From an uncultured virus (IMG/VR IMGVR_UViG_2645727852_000004) (lineage: Duplodnaviria; Heunggongvirae; Uroviricota; Caudoviricetes): a stretch of DNA of 64,000 nucleotides. A program made the position numbers and the translations under genes. The DNA lies in IMG/VR virus record IMGVR_UViG_2645727852_000004; one strand, written 5' to 3'. This document shows positions 1 to 10,008 of the stretch, one piece after another. Under the pieces are notes generated by a model that saw nothing but the letters and a program-made list of their open reading frames with translations, searched no databases and had not been told where the DNA came from. The number at the start of each line of letters is the position of its first letter. Positions within the stretch are counted from its first letter, which is position 1.

Positions 1-1083
1 TTACATATTAACCGAAGCAAATGGATGGCGCTCGATAGCTCTCTTCAAATGTTCGTCGAACAACTTCAAATATACAGCAGTAGAATTTATTGAATCATGG
101 CCCAGGAGTTTACTGAGTGTATAAATATCAATACCTTCTTCAAGAGCATACACAGCGAAGCAGTGGCGAAAAGTATGGGTGCTGTAGCGCTTTTTCTGGT
201 CTTCTGGAATGGATTTTGTCTGCTTAATGAGTTTGGTAATCATATGTTGAACGGTTCGTCTTTGAATGGCTGTTTGACCATTATCGTTGGAAAAAACGTA
301 TAGCTTACTAAATTCCGCTTCCGTTAATTCTTCTTTGAGACAAGCATACTTAAAGTAGATATACTCTAAGAGGATGAATAGTGCATGTTGATTGATCATT
401 CGCTCTCTTTTGGTGCTTTTTCCCTTAGCTATAACCTTTATGGTTTGGCGTACGGGTTCTATATCTCCGATTTGCAGATTACATAGCTCATTGAGCCGAA
501 TTCCAGAACCAAGAAAAGTCCAAATGATAACATGATCTCTCTGACCAGTTCGCTGCAATTGAGAACGCTTGATTAATTCTCCTAATTGTTCACGCGTAAA
601 TGCTCGTGGTAGATAATCTTCAGACCAAGTAATCTTCAAAATACCTTTTAAGTCAGTGATATCCATCATCCAGAAGTGACGAAAAGTAGTTTTGAAAAAT
701 GTTCGGAGAAATGCACTCTTTTTTGATCGAGTGTTTGAATTTTGGCATGCAGAAAGATATTCAACAAGCAGCGAAGGTTCAGCTGTCTGTTCTAGCATAG
801 AGTCTTTCCCGAGCTTTGCAAAAATAAAGTTTTGAAACAAGCCGAGTTCATATAAATAAGTTTCTTGAGAAGTTTTGCTTAGACCAAGAAACTTTGAACA
901 TGTGATAAAAAATTCGCAGGCTTGCTCAAACGCTATCTCTTCTTTTTGAGATTCCAGAGTAGGAGATGAGAGACCAGCTTCTTTCAAGGCTTTTTCAAGA
1001 AGCTCTGGTCCATATGTTGCTATGATAGATTGAATATCAGCGTGTAATGATTGAAGTGGAGACTGACTTTTGGTAATAGGCAT
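1..1083 (-). CDS. Tyrosine recombinase (XerC/D-like)
   Basis: Catalytic motifs GIRLNEL, KGK, HTFRH, LGHDSINSTAVY; start overlaps the stop of the upstream recombinase at 1083. Confidence 0.9.
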   Translation of the reverse strand: MPITKSQSPLQSLHADIQSIIATYGPELLEKALKEAGLSSPTLESQKEEIAFEQACEFFITCSKFLGLSKTSQETYLYELGLFQNFIFAKLGKDSMLEQTAEPSLLVEYLSACQNSNTRSKKSAFLRTFFKTTFRHFWMMDITDLKGILKITWSEDYLPRAFTREQLGELIKRSQLQRTGQRDHVIIWTFLGSGIRLNELCNLQIGDIEPVRQTIKVIAKGKSTKRERMINQHALFILLEYIYFKYACLKEELTEAEFSKLYVFSNDNGQTAIQRRTVQHMITKLIKQTKSIPEDQKKRYSTHTFRHCFAVYALEEGIDIYTLSKLLGHDSINSTAVYLKLFDEHLKRAIERHPFASVNM

Positions 1084-2588
1084 TATTTTTCCTCCCTGGT
1101 TTTAAAATATAATTGGTTGATGGCCATTCGAAGAACTTTTTCTTCTCTGTGAATATACAAACTGGTGCTTTCAGGACGTTCGTGGCGAGCTAAATACATA
1201 ATGACCTGTGGGGTATATTGATTCTGCTCTGATAGTCGGGTGATAAAAGTATGACGAAACAGATACAGACCTCCAGGATATTCATTCCAGCTTGCTATAA
1301 GCTTAAACAGTGTATAAAAATCAAGAAGTTTATTTTTGAAGTTTTTTGGATTCGAATGGAAAACGAACCCCTTTTGATCTGTAGGAGTTAACTCTTTAAA
1401 TTGTGCTGTGAGAACCGCAGGAAGAGGTAGAAGAGTAGCTTTCCCTTTTCCTAAAACAGAAATTTTTTGAGTTTCTAAGTTTATGTCTTTCCACTTCAGC
1501 TCACTCATTTCTTGAGGTCGAAAGCCTAAAAATAGCATCAGGGAGAATGCAAGCCTATACAATTTTGGATTTGGTGAGTATATATCGGATATTTCTAGCA
1601 AATGACTGATTTCCATGTCAGATGGAATTTTACGATATACATACTTGTCAAATTCAATGCCATTTACTTGCTCGGCAATGTCGTGAATTGTGAGCTTCAT
1701 TTGATGCATTCGCGCAAAAAGTGCACGTACGGTATAAAATACATCACTTGCATAGCGCTGAGAGATTTCTTCTCTTTGAACTTTCCGAATAAGATGATGT
1801 CGAAATTCTACTAAATGCTCGGAAGTAATTTTAAATAGAGGTAGAAAATTTAAGTTATAGTCACTGAATTCTGTAAAAGTGTTTTTTAACCATATCAAGA
1901 ACTTTGTATAATGACGATTGTTTTTGAGCATAGTAGACTCGGTAATACCATATTTCTTTGCTGACTTATTGCATGCTGTGATCGTCGGGTGATCTATTAC
2001 AAAGTTTTTGGTAGAATGGGAGCAATGTATAAAATCAGACAGCTCTAACTTTGGAAAAAATAAGGTGAACATTTTGCTGAGCAGTTTAAACTTTTTTGGA
2101 GTAATATGGGTCTGTTTAGCAAAGGAAATGAATGTTTCTTTTTGAGTTAACATTTCCTTTTGAATTTGCTGAATACTAACATGAGACATAAGTGCGACAT
2201 ACTGTAAAAACTTTATGATAAACTTATAGTTATCATAAAACCCAAAAGGATGCTTGTTCTTTTGTGAAGCCAAGAAGGCATAGAGTTCTTTGACAGTTAT
2301 TTTTTCTTTTGCAAGATTGTCAAGAATCCATTCGTTGATGGCTTGTGGTCCTTTATATTCTTGTATATTACTGCTGTTTATGTTGAACAAAGTACTCACA
2401 TGTTTCACCAAACTTTCCAGAGTAACTGTTTTAATGTCAAAAGTGTAACCAGTTTGAGGCGGTGCTATACAATTTGCGGAAAAATATGTCACAGAAGAAG
2501 CATTCTGTGTAATTTTTTTCCTGTTTTCTGTCGAGCTGTTTCCGTCAACTGTATTAAGCTTTTGGATAGAAGAGGAACGTTTTTTCAT
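1083..2588 (-). CDS. Tyrosine recombinase with long N-terminal extension
   Basis: GFRPQEM, GKG, YLFRH, LARHERPESTSLY; degenerate HxxR/LGH motifs. Confidence 0.8.
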   Translation of the reverse strand: MKKRSSSIQKLNTVDGNSSTENRKKITQNASSVTYFSANCIAPPQTGYTFDIKTVTLESLVKHVSTLFNINSSNIQEYKGPQAINEWILDNLAKEKITVKELYAFLASQKNKHPFGFYDNYKFIIKFLQYVALMSHVSIQQIQKEMLTQKETFISFAKQTHITPKKFKLLSKMFTLFFPKLELSDFIHCSHSTKNFVIDHPTITACNKSAKKYGITESTMLKNNRHYTKFLIWLKNTFTEFSDYNLNFLPLFKITSEHLVEFRHHLIRKVQREEISQRYASDVFYTVRALFARMHQMKLTIHDIAEQVNGIEFDKYVYRKIPSDMEISHLLEISDIYSPNPKLYRLAFSLMLFLGFRPQEMSELKWKDINLETQKISVLGKGKATLLPLPAVLTAQFKELTPTDQKGFVFHSNPKNFKNKLLDFYTLFKLIASWNEYPGGLYLFRHTFITRLSEQNQYTPQVIMYLARHERPESTSLYIHREEKVLRMAINQLYFKTREEK

Positions 2589-2646
2589 TGTCTTCTCCTT
2601 TTTAGTTCAGGATTTAATCCATATTGTTGAGTGAGTTAGGTCTATA

Positions 2647-2666
2647 TCTTCGTACTAGTACGAAGA
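2647..2666. repeat. Perfect 20-bp palindrome within a longer hairpin
   Basis: TCTTCGTACTAGTACGAAGA, with imperfect outer arms and a T-run downstream. Confidence 0.8.
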
Positions 2667-2845
2667 ATATAGGCCTTTTTTATGTATTCATTATTCTGTT
2701 CTTGTTTTGCTGTACATTATAAAAAATCCTATATGTTGTATTAATAAATAGCCATTTATAAGCATTTTTCAAGAAAAAAACAAGAAAACCCCTACATATA
2801 GGATTTTCAAGAAAAAAACAAATGAGTTTTTTAAAATTAAAATAG

Positions 2846-3715
2846 GTGATCTGTATGTTCGATATAACTGACTTACTTCAAAATGATGAAGATCCTGGAC
2901 AAGACATCATGATCAAACTGAGGTGGGCCAGAGAATGGGCCCTAAATAGAAATTTAAAGATAGAGGATTTTAATAAGAACCATGGGTGGAACTTAAATGA
3001 ATGGAGGGAGGCTAAGTATATCAGTCGGGATATTATTTTTAAAGACAGTTTGTTAATACGTATTCCGGCTTTATATAGAAGAAACTTCTTAGCATATGAT
3101 CATGGGTTTACGAAAAAAGAGTTAGCCAATGTAATAGACGAATCGGAAAATAAAATAGGAGATTTGCTCAATATAAAAAGAGAACGTACACCGAGGGATG
3201 GAACATTTGAGAAGATGGCCATTGCTTTAGATGTTCCGTTGCCGTATTTAAAAATTGATAATTATGATAGACTTGAAAACGATGAATTCATAGAATATGA
3301 GCATGTAGCTGAAAGAAAAAAACTTGAGCAGTTGAGTTCTATCTTTCATGATAAGTTGGAAGGAAGGAATGTTAGGGGATTTGTTATAATTAACGAATCA
3401 AACTACATGATTAATGAAGAAAGGCTATATGCTCGTTTCGAAACAAATGATGTATATTACAGGTTGGAATTTTTTGTGAGGAGAAATTGTGGTATTCATG
3501 ATGCCATGAATCTTCGGAAGCAATTTAAGCAGAGAGTAGATTACATGATTTTTACTCCCGCAACATTGCGTAAAAATTACTTAAAGTTAATTTTTACAGG
3601 CTCTTACACGAAGGATGCGAAAAAGTTCCAAAAATATATTGATGAGATGAAGAAAAGAAAGTATACACGGGTAGTGGATACAACGGGAGAATATATAAGA
3701 GCATTTAATCAATAA
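2846..3715 (+). CDS. XRE-family HTH protein
   Basis: Central GFTKKELANVI...FEKMAIALDVPLPYL HTH; divergent from the recombinase pair. Confidence 0.65.
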   Translation: MICMFDITDLLQNDEDPGQDIMIKLRWAREWALNRNLKIEDFNKNHGWNLNEWREAKYISRDIIFKDSLLIRIPALYRRNFLAYDHGFTKKELANVIDESENKIGDLLNIKRERTPRDGTFEKMAIALDVPLPYLKIDNYDRLENDEFIEYEHVAERKKLEQLSSIFHDKLEGRNVRGFVIINESNYMINEERLYARFETNDVYYRLEFFVRRNCGIHDAMNLRKQFKQRVDYMIFTPATLRKNYLKLIFTGSYTKDAKKFQKYIDEMKKRKYTRVVDTTGEYIRAFNQ

Positions 3716-3861
3716 ATCCTACAACTTATGGGATTTCTGAAATAACATAATAACGATTGTAAACCCTCCTTATTAAATCTGGAGGGTTTATTTTTTTGTG
3801 TACCTTAGCTAATAGGACATAGTTTGCGGTGAATAAGTATGTATCAAAGGAGGGGAAGCAT

Positions 3862-4020
3862 ATGAAAAAAAATCATTCTTTTACATTTACATATGTTTTC
3901 CTTGAACCCGATAAACAGGTTGTTAGTGATAAGCCGGTAGCGCTTGATGCTAAGCAGGCTGTAATCGACTACATTATTAAAAAGATTATTCTGGAAGGTG
4001 AGTCTAAACGTTTGCGCTAG
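3862..4020 (+). CDS. Small protein upstream of serine recombinase 1 (candidate directionality factor)
   Basis: RBS AAAGGAGG then ATG 3862; 52 aa; function inferred from position only. Confidence 0.55.
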   Translation: MKKNHSFTFTYVFLEPDKQVVSDKPVALDAKQAVIDYIIKKIILEGESKRLR

Positions 4021-4042
4021 TTCAAACCTGTCAATAATTAAT

Positions 4043-4060
4043 CAAGAACAAATGTTCTTG
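4043..4060. promoter_or_regulatory. LexA/DinR (SOS) box
   Basis: CAAGAAC-AAAT-GTTCTTG matches GAAC-N4-GTTC, just upstream of the recombinase RBS. Confidence 0.7.
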
Positions 4061-4074
4061 TTATATATGGAGGG

Positions 4075-5721
4075 ATGAACATGTATACAGCGATTTATAT
4101 ACGTGTGTCAACAGGAATGCAGGCGACGGAAGGAACCGGTTTAGAAGGGCAGTATGAAGCGTGCCTGAAAAAAGCACAGGAATTCTTGGTGTCTGCATCA
4201 GCCATTAAGTTATATAAAGAAGATGGGTTTACCGGTGAAGATATTAGTCGGCCAGCGATGAATGAACTACGGAGCGATGTAAGTGCGGGTAGAATTGAGC
4301 GTGTCATTATCACTCACCCTGACCGGCTTACCCGTGATTTAACAGATAAGCTCATCTTGTGTCGGGAGTTTGAAAAAAGCAATGTTGAGCTTGTTTTTGT
4401 GGATACGGAATATCGAAACACGCCAGAAGGACAGTTGTTCTTTAATCTGATGAGTTCGATTGCGCAGTATGAATTATCATTAATTAAAAAACGTACTGTG
4501 CGTGGGCGACTGAAAGCTGTGGAGAAAGATAAGAAAATCATGCCAATGCGGGTAGCTCCATACGGTTTTAACATGGTGAACAATAAGCTTCTAGTTAACG
4601 AAGAAGAAGCGGAGTTTGTCAAAAAGGTATATCACTGGTATGTGTATGAAGGGCTGACGCTGCGGGAAATTGGAGAGAGACTGTTTACGCTTGGAGCTGA
4701 ACCGAAGCGGGCGGAAAGTAGGAACTGGGGTGCAAGCTCAATCCGAAGGATATTGACATCAGAAATATATATTGGAAAGTACTATTACAACCGACGTCAG
4801 ACTAGCAAGGTAAAGGGGGAGAAAACGAAGTCCGGATCTCCCCGGAAAACATACAGCTTCCGAGATAAAAGTGAATGGATTATGCTGGATGTTCCGCCAA
4901 TTATCGATGAGCAGCTTTTTGAATTGGCGCAGCGGCAGAGAGAAGTGAATACGAAGAAATCAGGAAATGTAAAATACGAGTATTTATTGAAATCGCTTAT
5001 TCGCTGCGGCCATTGCGGACGGATGTGGCAGTCGACTACGTATTCGGGTCGTGTGGATAAACAGACAGGTAAGCGAATGAAATATATGTGCTATCGATGT
5101 CCGAACCTTTTTCCGAAAAAGTATGGTGAGGGTGTGGAGAAGTGTTGTACAAAATCACTTCGAGCGGAAGAACTGGATCGGTATATATGGGGCCTTATTC
5201 TTGAAACGATTTCGAATCCGGATGACTATATTCAGCGTATAACTAGACAGTCAGGAGATATTCTGGAGAATTTGCTCAGTACGGCATCGCTTCTGCAAAA
5301 GCAGGTAGAGCAGAAGGAGAAGGAAAAAGAGAAGATCAAAACGATGTTTAAGCGAGAAGTCATTGACGAAAAAGAAATGGTGGATGAAATGCAGAAAATA
5401 AACACCGCTATGAGAACGATACAGGCTGAGTTGGAGAAGTATGAGGAGCAGGTGGTTCTTCATAAAGAGAAGGAAATGTCAGCTGACAGAATAAAGGAAA
5501 TTGCCCAGCTAATTAATCAATTTGTTGATAATGAGGGTAGAGATCTTACTTTTGATGAGAAACGTACAATTGTGGAAGCACTTGTAGATGAGATCATAAT
5601 TCGATTTAATGATAACAGTGTTGAGGTTACAGCAGTAGGGGCGCTGGATGAATTAAAGCGTCAACGACTGCTTCAGCATTGCCATGACGTCGGTTCGGGT
5701 TTATATCACCAAGAAATTTGA
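4075..5721 (+). CDS. Large serine recombinase 1 (sigK element 1)
   Basis: YIRVST, DRLTR, recombinase domain, LIRCGHCG zinc ribbon, coiled coil. Likely start ATG 4081. Stop lies inside the sigK fragment. Confidence 0.93.
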   Translation: MNMYTAIYIRVSTGMQATEGTGLEGQYEACLKKAQEFLVSASAIKLYKEDGFTGEDISRPAMNELRSDVSAGRIERVIITHPDRLTRDLTDKLILCREFEKSNVELVFVDTEYRNTPEGQLFFNLMSSIAQYELSLIKKRTVRGRLKAVEKDKKIMPMRVAPYGFNMVNNKLLVNEEEAEFVKKVYHWYVYEGLTLREIGERLFTLGAEPKRAESRNWGASSIRRILTSEIYIGKYYYNRRQTSKVKGEKTKSGSPRKTYSFRDKSEWIMLDVPPIIDEQLFELAQRQREVNTKKSGNVKYEYLLKSLIRCGHCGRMWQSTTYSGRVDKQTGKRMKYMCYRCPNLFPKKYGEGVEKCCTKSLRAEELDRYIWGLILETISNPDDYIQRITRQSGDILENLLSTASLLQKQVEQKEKEKEKIKTMFKREVIDEKEMVDEMQKINTAMRTIQAELEKYEEQVVLHKEKEMSADRIKEIAQLINQFVDNEGRDLTFDEKRTIVEALVDEIIIRFNDNSVEVTAVGALDELKRQRLLQHCHDVGSGLYHQEI

Positions 5722-5850
5722 AAACACCGGAGAAGATAGCGAAGATCTCATATCCATCGGGACCATCGGTTTGATTAAAGCGATCGAGAGCTACAAGAAA
5801 AACAAAGGGACTAAGTTGGCTACATATGCCGCTCGGTGCATAGAAAATGA
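5703..5850 (+). CDS. sigK: Internal fragment A of split sigK (sigma region 2)
   Basis: [49 protein letters not shown]; homology stops after ENE. Confidence 0.93.
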
Positions 5851-5887
5851 GACTCTAATGTCAACAGTAGTGCATAGAAAGGTGTGG

Positions 5888-5973
5888 TTATCCACAGTCT
5901 TTTTTATTATACACATATTAAATAATTAATTATTGTGAATAGTGTGAATAAAATGTTAATAACTTGTGTATAA
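5888..5973. promoter_or_regulatory. DnaA-box cluster
   Basis: Four TTATNCACA matches (5888, 5907, 5943 rev, 5965 rev) plus two one-mismatch boxes (5934, 5954). Confidence 0.7.
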
Positions 5974-6674
5974 GTGCAGAGCATATCTTAGTGTGGGATA
6001 AATTCTTTATGTGCGTTTAAACAAAAATAATTAATTTACTCCAATTTATATGTTTACACATCCTGAAATCTTTTCTAAAATAAAAATGTTAATATATAGA
6101 AAATAAGGGAGTGGATTGTATTATATTAACATCCTTAAATATCTCTGCTTTAGTTATTTTCGCCATGAGATTTTTTGAGATTGACACAGAACTGAAGTTT
6201 AATAGAATCGTACTATATAAATTATACTTGATATTTTGATATAGTAGTATGATTGGAAGTAGGCGATTCAAAAAAAAGAGGTTGGATGCGCCCTGCGCTC
6301 CAGCAGAAGAAAGGAAAACGTGTCTTTTTCCGCCCGCCCACCGCCCTTCCTTCTGTTCTTACCTCTCACCACAAGAGTTTGTCGATTTATCAAATCAGAT
6401 ATATATATATTTCAGTAGTTTTTACTATTGCTCTAGTAAATAAAAGCAAAAAGGTGTAAAACATTATGAAAATGAAGCTGTAGAGTAACCATCTATTCTT
6501 TTAAGCACTTCTTTATATAAGTGAAGGCTTCTAGCTAAAAATAAAACGAAGCTAGGGAATAGTAGACACTTTACAGTACATAAATGATAATTTTAATCTT
6601 TTTGTAACCTTATTTACTAAAAAGCAGTTTATGATAGAAAATGAATCAATTTCTATAGAGAGAAGGAAGTAAGG

Positions 6675-7625
6675 TTGCAAAAATCAAGATTACAGGAAGC
6701 AAGGTTGCGGAAAGCCAGAAGGAAAAGCATTTTAATTTGGTCTGCCATTGTATGTTTAGGGATTATTATTTTAGTTAATCTCATCTTTCATCCATTGGAT
6801 AAATATTTAGCACACGCTAATGAACCTGATATTACTGTAGGAAAAGAAAAGCCAGCGCAGGAAAAAGAAAAGCAGACACAACAACCGGCTAATTCTTTAC
6901 AAGGTGACACAAATAAACAACAGCAGCAAATTCAGCAACAAACACAGGAGGGAACAACACAGATCCAAGAGCAAGTATCCCAGGAAGGCCCTCATCCGTT
7001 ACCTCTTGGGAAGCTCATTAATAACATTCCAACAAAGGATAACAAGACTATTTATTTAACTTTTGATGATGGACCTAATGAACATACAGCGGAAATCGTT
7101 TCTATTCTTGAAAAAAATAAGATTAACGCTTCTTTCTTTTGGATCGGTGATAAAGTAACAGATAAAATGGGTGAATTTGGCCATCAGATGATAGAAAAAG
7201 GAAATGTGATTGGTTCACATACTATGCATCATGATGCACTTGGTAAAGAAAGCGGAGCTAAGCAAAAAAATGATTTAAAACAAGCAGCTAGCCTGATTGG
7301 AGATAAAGTTGGACATAAGGTTACTTATATGCGTCCGCCTTACGGATCGGTAAATGCGGAAACTAGAAAGATTACGAAAGAACTTGGTCAGTATATTATG
7401 TTTTGGGAAGTAGATAGCCTGGATTGGAGTCTAGCTCATAAACCAGAACAAATTCTAACAAACATTAAAAATGGAAAAGTAAAGCCAGGTTCGATTATTC
7501 TAATGCACGAGCGTAAGCAGACGGTTGAAATGCTTCCAAAGGTTATTGAGTATTTACGAAGCCAAGGCTATAATTTTGCAGCATTACCTGCTTCTCCTGT
7601 ACCAGAAGAAGCAAAAACGAAATAG
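6675..7625 (+). CDS. Membrane-anchored polysaccharide/peptidoglycan deacetylase (NodB/CE4)
   Basis: TFDDGP, HTMHH, RPPYG, DSLDW, LMHE; N-terminal TM helix and Gln-rich linker. Confidence 0.92.
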   Translation: MQKSRLQEARLRKARRKSILIWSAIVCLGIIILVNLIFHPLDKYLAHANEPDITVGKEKPAQEKEKQTQQPANSLQGDTNKQQQQIQQQTQEGTTQIQEQVSQEGPHPLPLGKLINNIPTKDNKTIYLTFDDGPNEHTAEIVSILEKNKINASFFWIGDKVTDKMGEFGHQMIEKGNVIGSHTMHHDALGKESGAKQKNDLKQAASLIGDKVGHKVTYMRPPYGSVNAETRKITKELGQYIMFWEVDSLDWSLAHKPEQILTNIKNGKVKPGSIILMHERKQTVEMLPKVIEYLRSQGYNFAALPASPVPEEAKTK

Positions 7626-7805
7626 TATTTTTAGATGAGTGGCTATTAAATGTTTTAACTTACGAGAGTTTATACAAAGAAAATAGATCAATTTCTGAAG
7701 TCGTCTACTATAGACGGCTTTTTTCTTTTACTGGAAATTGCTGTTTTTATAAACACTCCTAAAGAGAGTTATAATGGAATATAGATAAAATGAGGAGTGT
7801 AGGTT

Positions 7806-8006
7806 ATGAAAAATATTTATATAGTTGCTTTTATTTTAATTGTAATTGTTGCTTTTATTTTATTCTTTCGTTTCTGGAAATCAAGAAAAAAACAAGATGT
7901 AAAACTCCAAAAAGAACTAAAGAAAAATGCAGAACGTATTCGTCACCGACAAAAACAGGTGGATAAATTATCAGCCAAACTTCAGGAGAGGCTAGATAAA
8001 AAGTAA
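7806..8006 (+). CDS. Small single-TM basic protein
   Basis: RBS GAGGAG; hydrophobic N-terminus and Lys-rich tail. Confidence 0.6.
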   Translation: MKNIYIVAFILIVIVAFILFFRFWKSRKKQDVKLQKELKKNAERIRHRQKQVDKLSAKLQERLDKK

Positions 8007-8241
8007 TCATTCTCTGTATGGCTCTGTTAGCAAAGGAACGCTGCAAACCACTATGTTTGTTGAGGATGACATATACGATCATACGTTTAGAGGAAAGTGA
8101 TAATGACACAGCCCTGCTGTCCGTATGGATAACAGGGCTGTGTACTATGTATAATATTTAGCTTTTTGAAGCTGGATTAATTATATACACATGTAAACAA
8201 GCGGCATCTGCATAGCCTTCATTAATAGGAGGGGTACGCAG

Positions 8242-8409
8242 ATGCATAGTAAGATTATCAAGGGAAGTTTTGCTGATAAAAATTTGCTTGCCTGCTATAT
8301 GTATCTCAAAGAGAAGTATAGGAGGGAAAAGCTGCGTGATCGGAATCTATGCACGAGTGAGCACAGAGGAACAAGCGAAGAGCGGCTTCAGCCTGAAAGA
8401 TCAGATTAG
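8242..8409 (+). CDS. 55-aa ORF overlapping the recombinase 2 start (candidate directionality factor)
   Basis: RBS AGGAGGGG, ATG 8242, MHSKIIKGSFADKNLLACYMYLKEKYRREKL...; not in the ORF track. Confidence 0.5.
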   Translation: MHSKIIKGSFADKNLLACYMYLKEKYRREKLRDRNLCTSEHRGTSEERLQPERSD

Positions 8410-9844
8410 GGAGTGTCAGAAGAAGGCTGGAACAGATAACTATAAGCAATATATAGATCAAGGAATTTCTGGCGAATTCTTAGACCGGCCGGCATTATCA
8501 CAGCTTCGTCAGGATGTTCGGGACGGATTGATTACGAAGGTGGTTTGCTTAGACCCTGACCGTTTATCACGTAAGCTTATGCATCAGCTTCTTATTACCG
8601 AAGAGTTCGATCAAAAAGGTATTCAGTTGATTTTCGTAAATGGTGAGTATGCCCGAACGCCAGAAGGTCAGCTATTTTACAGTATGCGTGGTGCGATTGC
8701 GGAGTTTGAAAAAGCGAAAATCAATGAACGGATGAGCCGTGGTCGGCGGGAGAAAGCACGGCAGGGAAGAGTACTTCGTGATTTTCAAGTGTATGGTTAC
8801 AACTACGATAAAGAGAACGAGCAGATGGTTATTAATGAAGAGGAGGCTGCGATCGTTCGTCTCATATTTGATTTGTTTACGAAACCATGGAAGGTACAGG
8901 GGATGAACGGGATTGCTCTTTACCTTACAAAAGAAGGAATCCCTACAAAAAGAGGAAAAGGCGTATGGCACCGTCAGGTAGTACGTCAAATTCTGATGAA
9001 TGAAGCCTACATAGGCGAGTTTTATCAGAATCGATGGAACACAGAAGGGATGTTAGGGAATAAACATAAAAGCAAAGAAGAACACGTTCCGATGAAAGAA
9101 CGTCCAAGGGAGGAATGGATTCTTATTCCTTGTCCTTCTATCATTGAGCAGGAACAATTTGAATATGCTCAGAAGTTACTACAGGACTCCCGAAGAAGGT
9201 GGGCTAAAACAGGATTGCATGAGTATCTTTTGAGTGGATTGCTGCGTTGTGCTAATTGTGGAAATACGATGACCGGCCGTCGTGCAAAAAATTGGGGAAA
9301 GTATGTATATGAATATACAGATAGAAAAAATACAGCTGGTACTCAGCATAAAGGCTGTGGAAGAACGATAAAAGCTGAAAACTTGGATAATGAAGTGTGG
9401 GAAGCAATCAGGAGTTGGCTAAAGCACCCGAATGAAGTAGCGGCAGCAACCGAGATAGATAAGGAACAACAGGAGAAATTTTCCGTCGAACTAATAGAGA
9501 TTGGGCGTTTGCAGAAGGAAATCGAAAAAGTAAAAATAGGCCGGAAAAGACTTTTTACGTTATTTGTTGATGGAATGGATATAAAAGAAAAAGAGATACG
9601 TGAACAAATACATTTTTTGAAGGAGAAAGAAGAAAAAGCGACGAAGAAATTAGAAAAATTGAAAGCAAGGGTTAGGGAAGCGAAGGAAGCGCAGTTTAAT
9701 CAGCACCTGTTGAGCGAGGCAGCAGAATATTATTTGACCAGGCAGCATGATAAATTAACATTAGAGGATAGGAAGCAGTTAATTCGTCAGTTAGTGCGTG
9801 AGATTATCGTGTATGAGGAACGAATAGAGATATTTACGTACTAA
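8336..9844 (+). CDS. spoIVCA: Large serine recombinase 2, SpoIVCA-like
   Basis: GTG 8336 after [38 protein letters not shown] and [13 protein letters not shown] closely resemble B. subtilis SpoIVCA as I recall it; ends ~24 bp before the att site. Confidence 0.88.
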   Translation: MIGIYARVSTEEQAKSGFSLKDQIRECQKKAGTDNYKQYIDQGISGEFLDRPALSQLRQDVRDGLITKVVCLDPDRLSRKLMHQLLITEEFDQKGIQLIFVNGEYARTPEGQLFYSMRGAIAEFEKAKINERMSRGRREKARQGRVLRDFQVYGYNYDKENEQMVINEEEAAIVRLIFDLFTKPWKVQGMNGIALYLTKEGIPTKRGKGVWHRQVVRQILMNEAYIGEFYQNRWNTEGMLGNKHKSKEEHVPMKERPREEWILIPCPSIIEQEQFEYAQKLLQDSRRRWAKTGLHEYLLSGLLRCANCGNTMTGRRAKNWGKYVYEYTDRKNTAGTQHKGCGRTIKAENLDNEVWEAIRSWLKHPNEVAAATEIDKEQQEKFSVELIEIGRLQKEIEKVKIGRKRLFTLFVDGMDIKEKEIREQIHFLKEKEEKATKKLEKLKARVREAKEAQFNQHLLSEAAEYYLTRQHDKLTLEDRKQLIRQLVREIIVYEERIEIFTY

Positions 9845-9867
9845 GCAATACGATTGACTTTAGAATC

Positions 9868-9957
9868 GAGATTTTAATGCATTTGCGTTCATTAAAGAAA
9901 ACGAAAAAGGACGTTTCGCTGCATGATCCGATTGGAACAGATAAGGAAGGAAATGAA
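9868..9957 (+). CDS. sigK: Internal fragment B of split sigK
   Basis: [30 protein letters not shown], hand-translated and absent from the ORF track; homology is lost after GNE. Confidence 0.93.
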
Positions 9958-10008
9958 TTTAGGCTAACAGGATGTACGTTGTGGATAACTAAGAAGAGGA
10001 GAGGCGAA

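Larger units (their letters stand above)
1..5702. mobile_element. sigK-intervening element 1 (right part only)
   Basis: Recombinase abuts the point where sigK homology begins; the left end is outside the window. Confidence 0.75.
5851..9869. mobile_element. Complete ~4.0 kb mini-skin (sigK element 2)
   Basis: GAGA shared at 5849-5852 and 9868-9871; removal restores ENE-ILMHL in frame; reconstructed attP arms match 12/14. Confidence 0.9.

Noticed and set aside
5684..5929. 81-aa stand-alone mini sigma factor
   Set aside because: Only the middle is sigK; both ends are element DNA.
8270..8335. N-terminal extension of recombinase 2
   Set aside because: The RBS and family homology indicate a start at GTG 8336.
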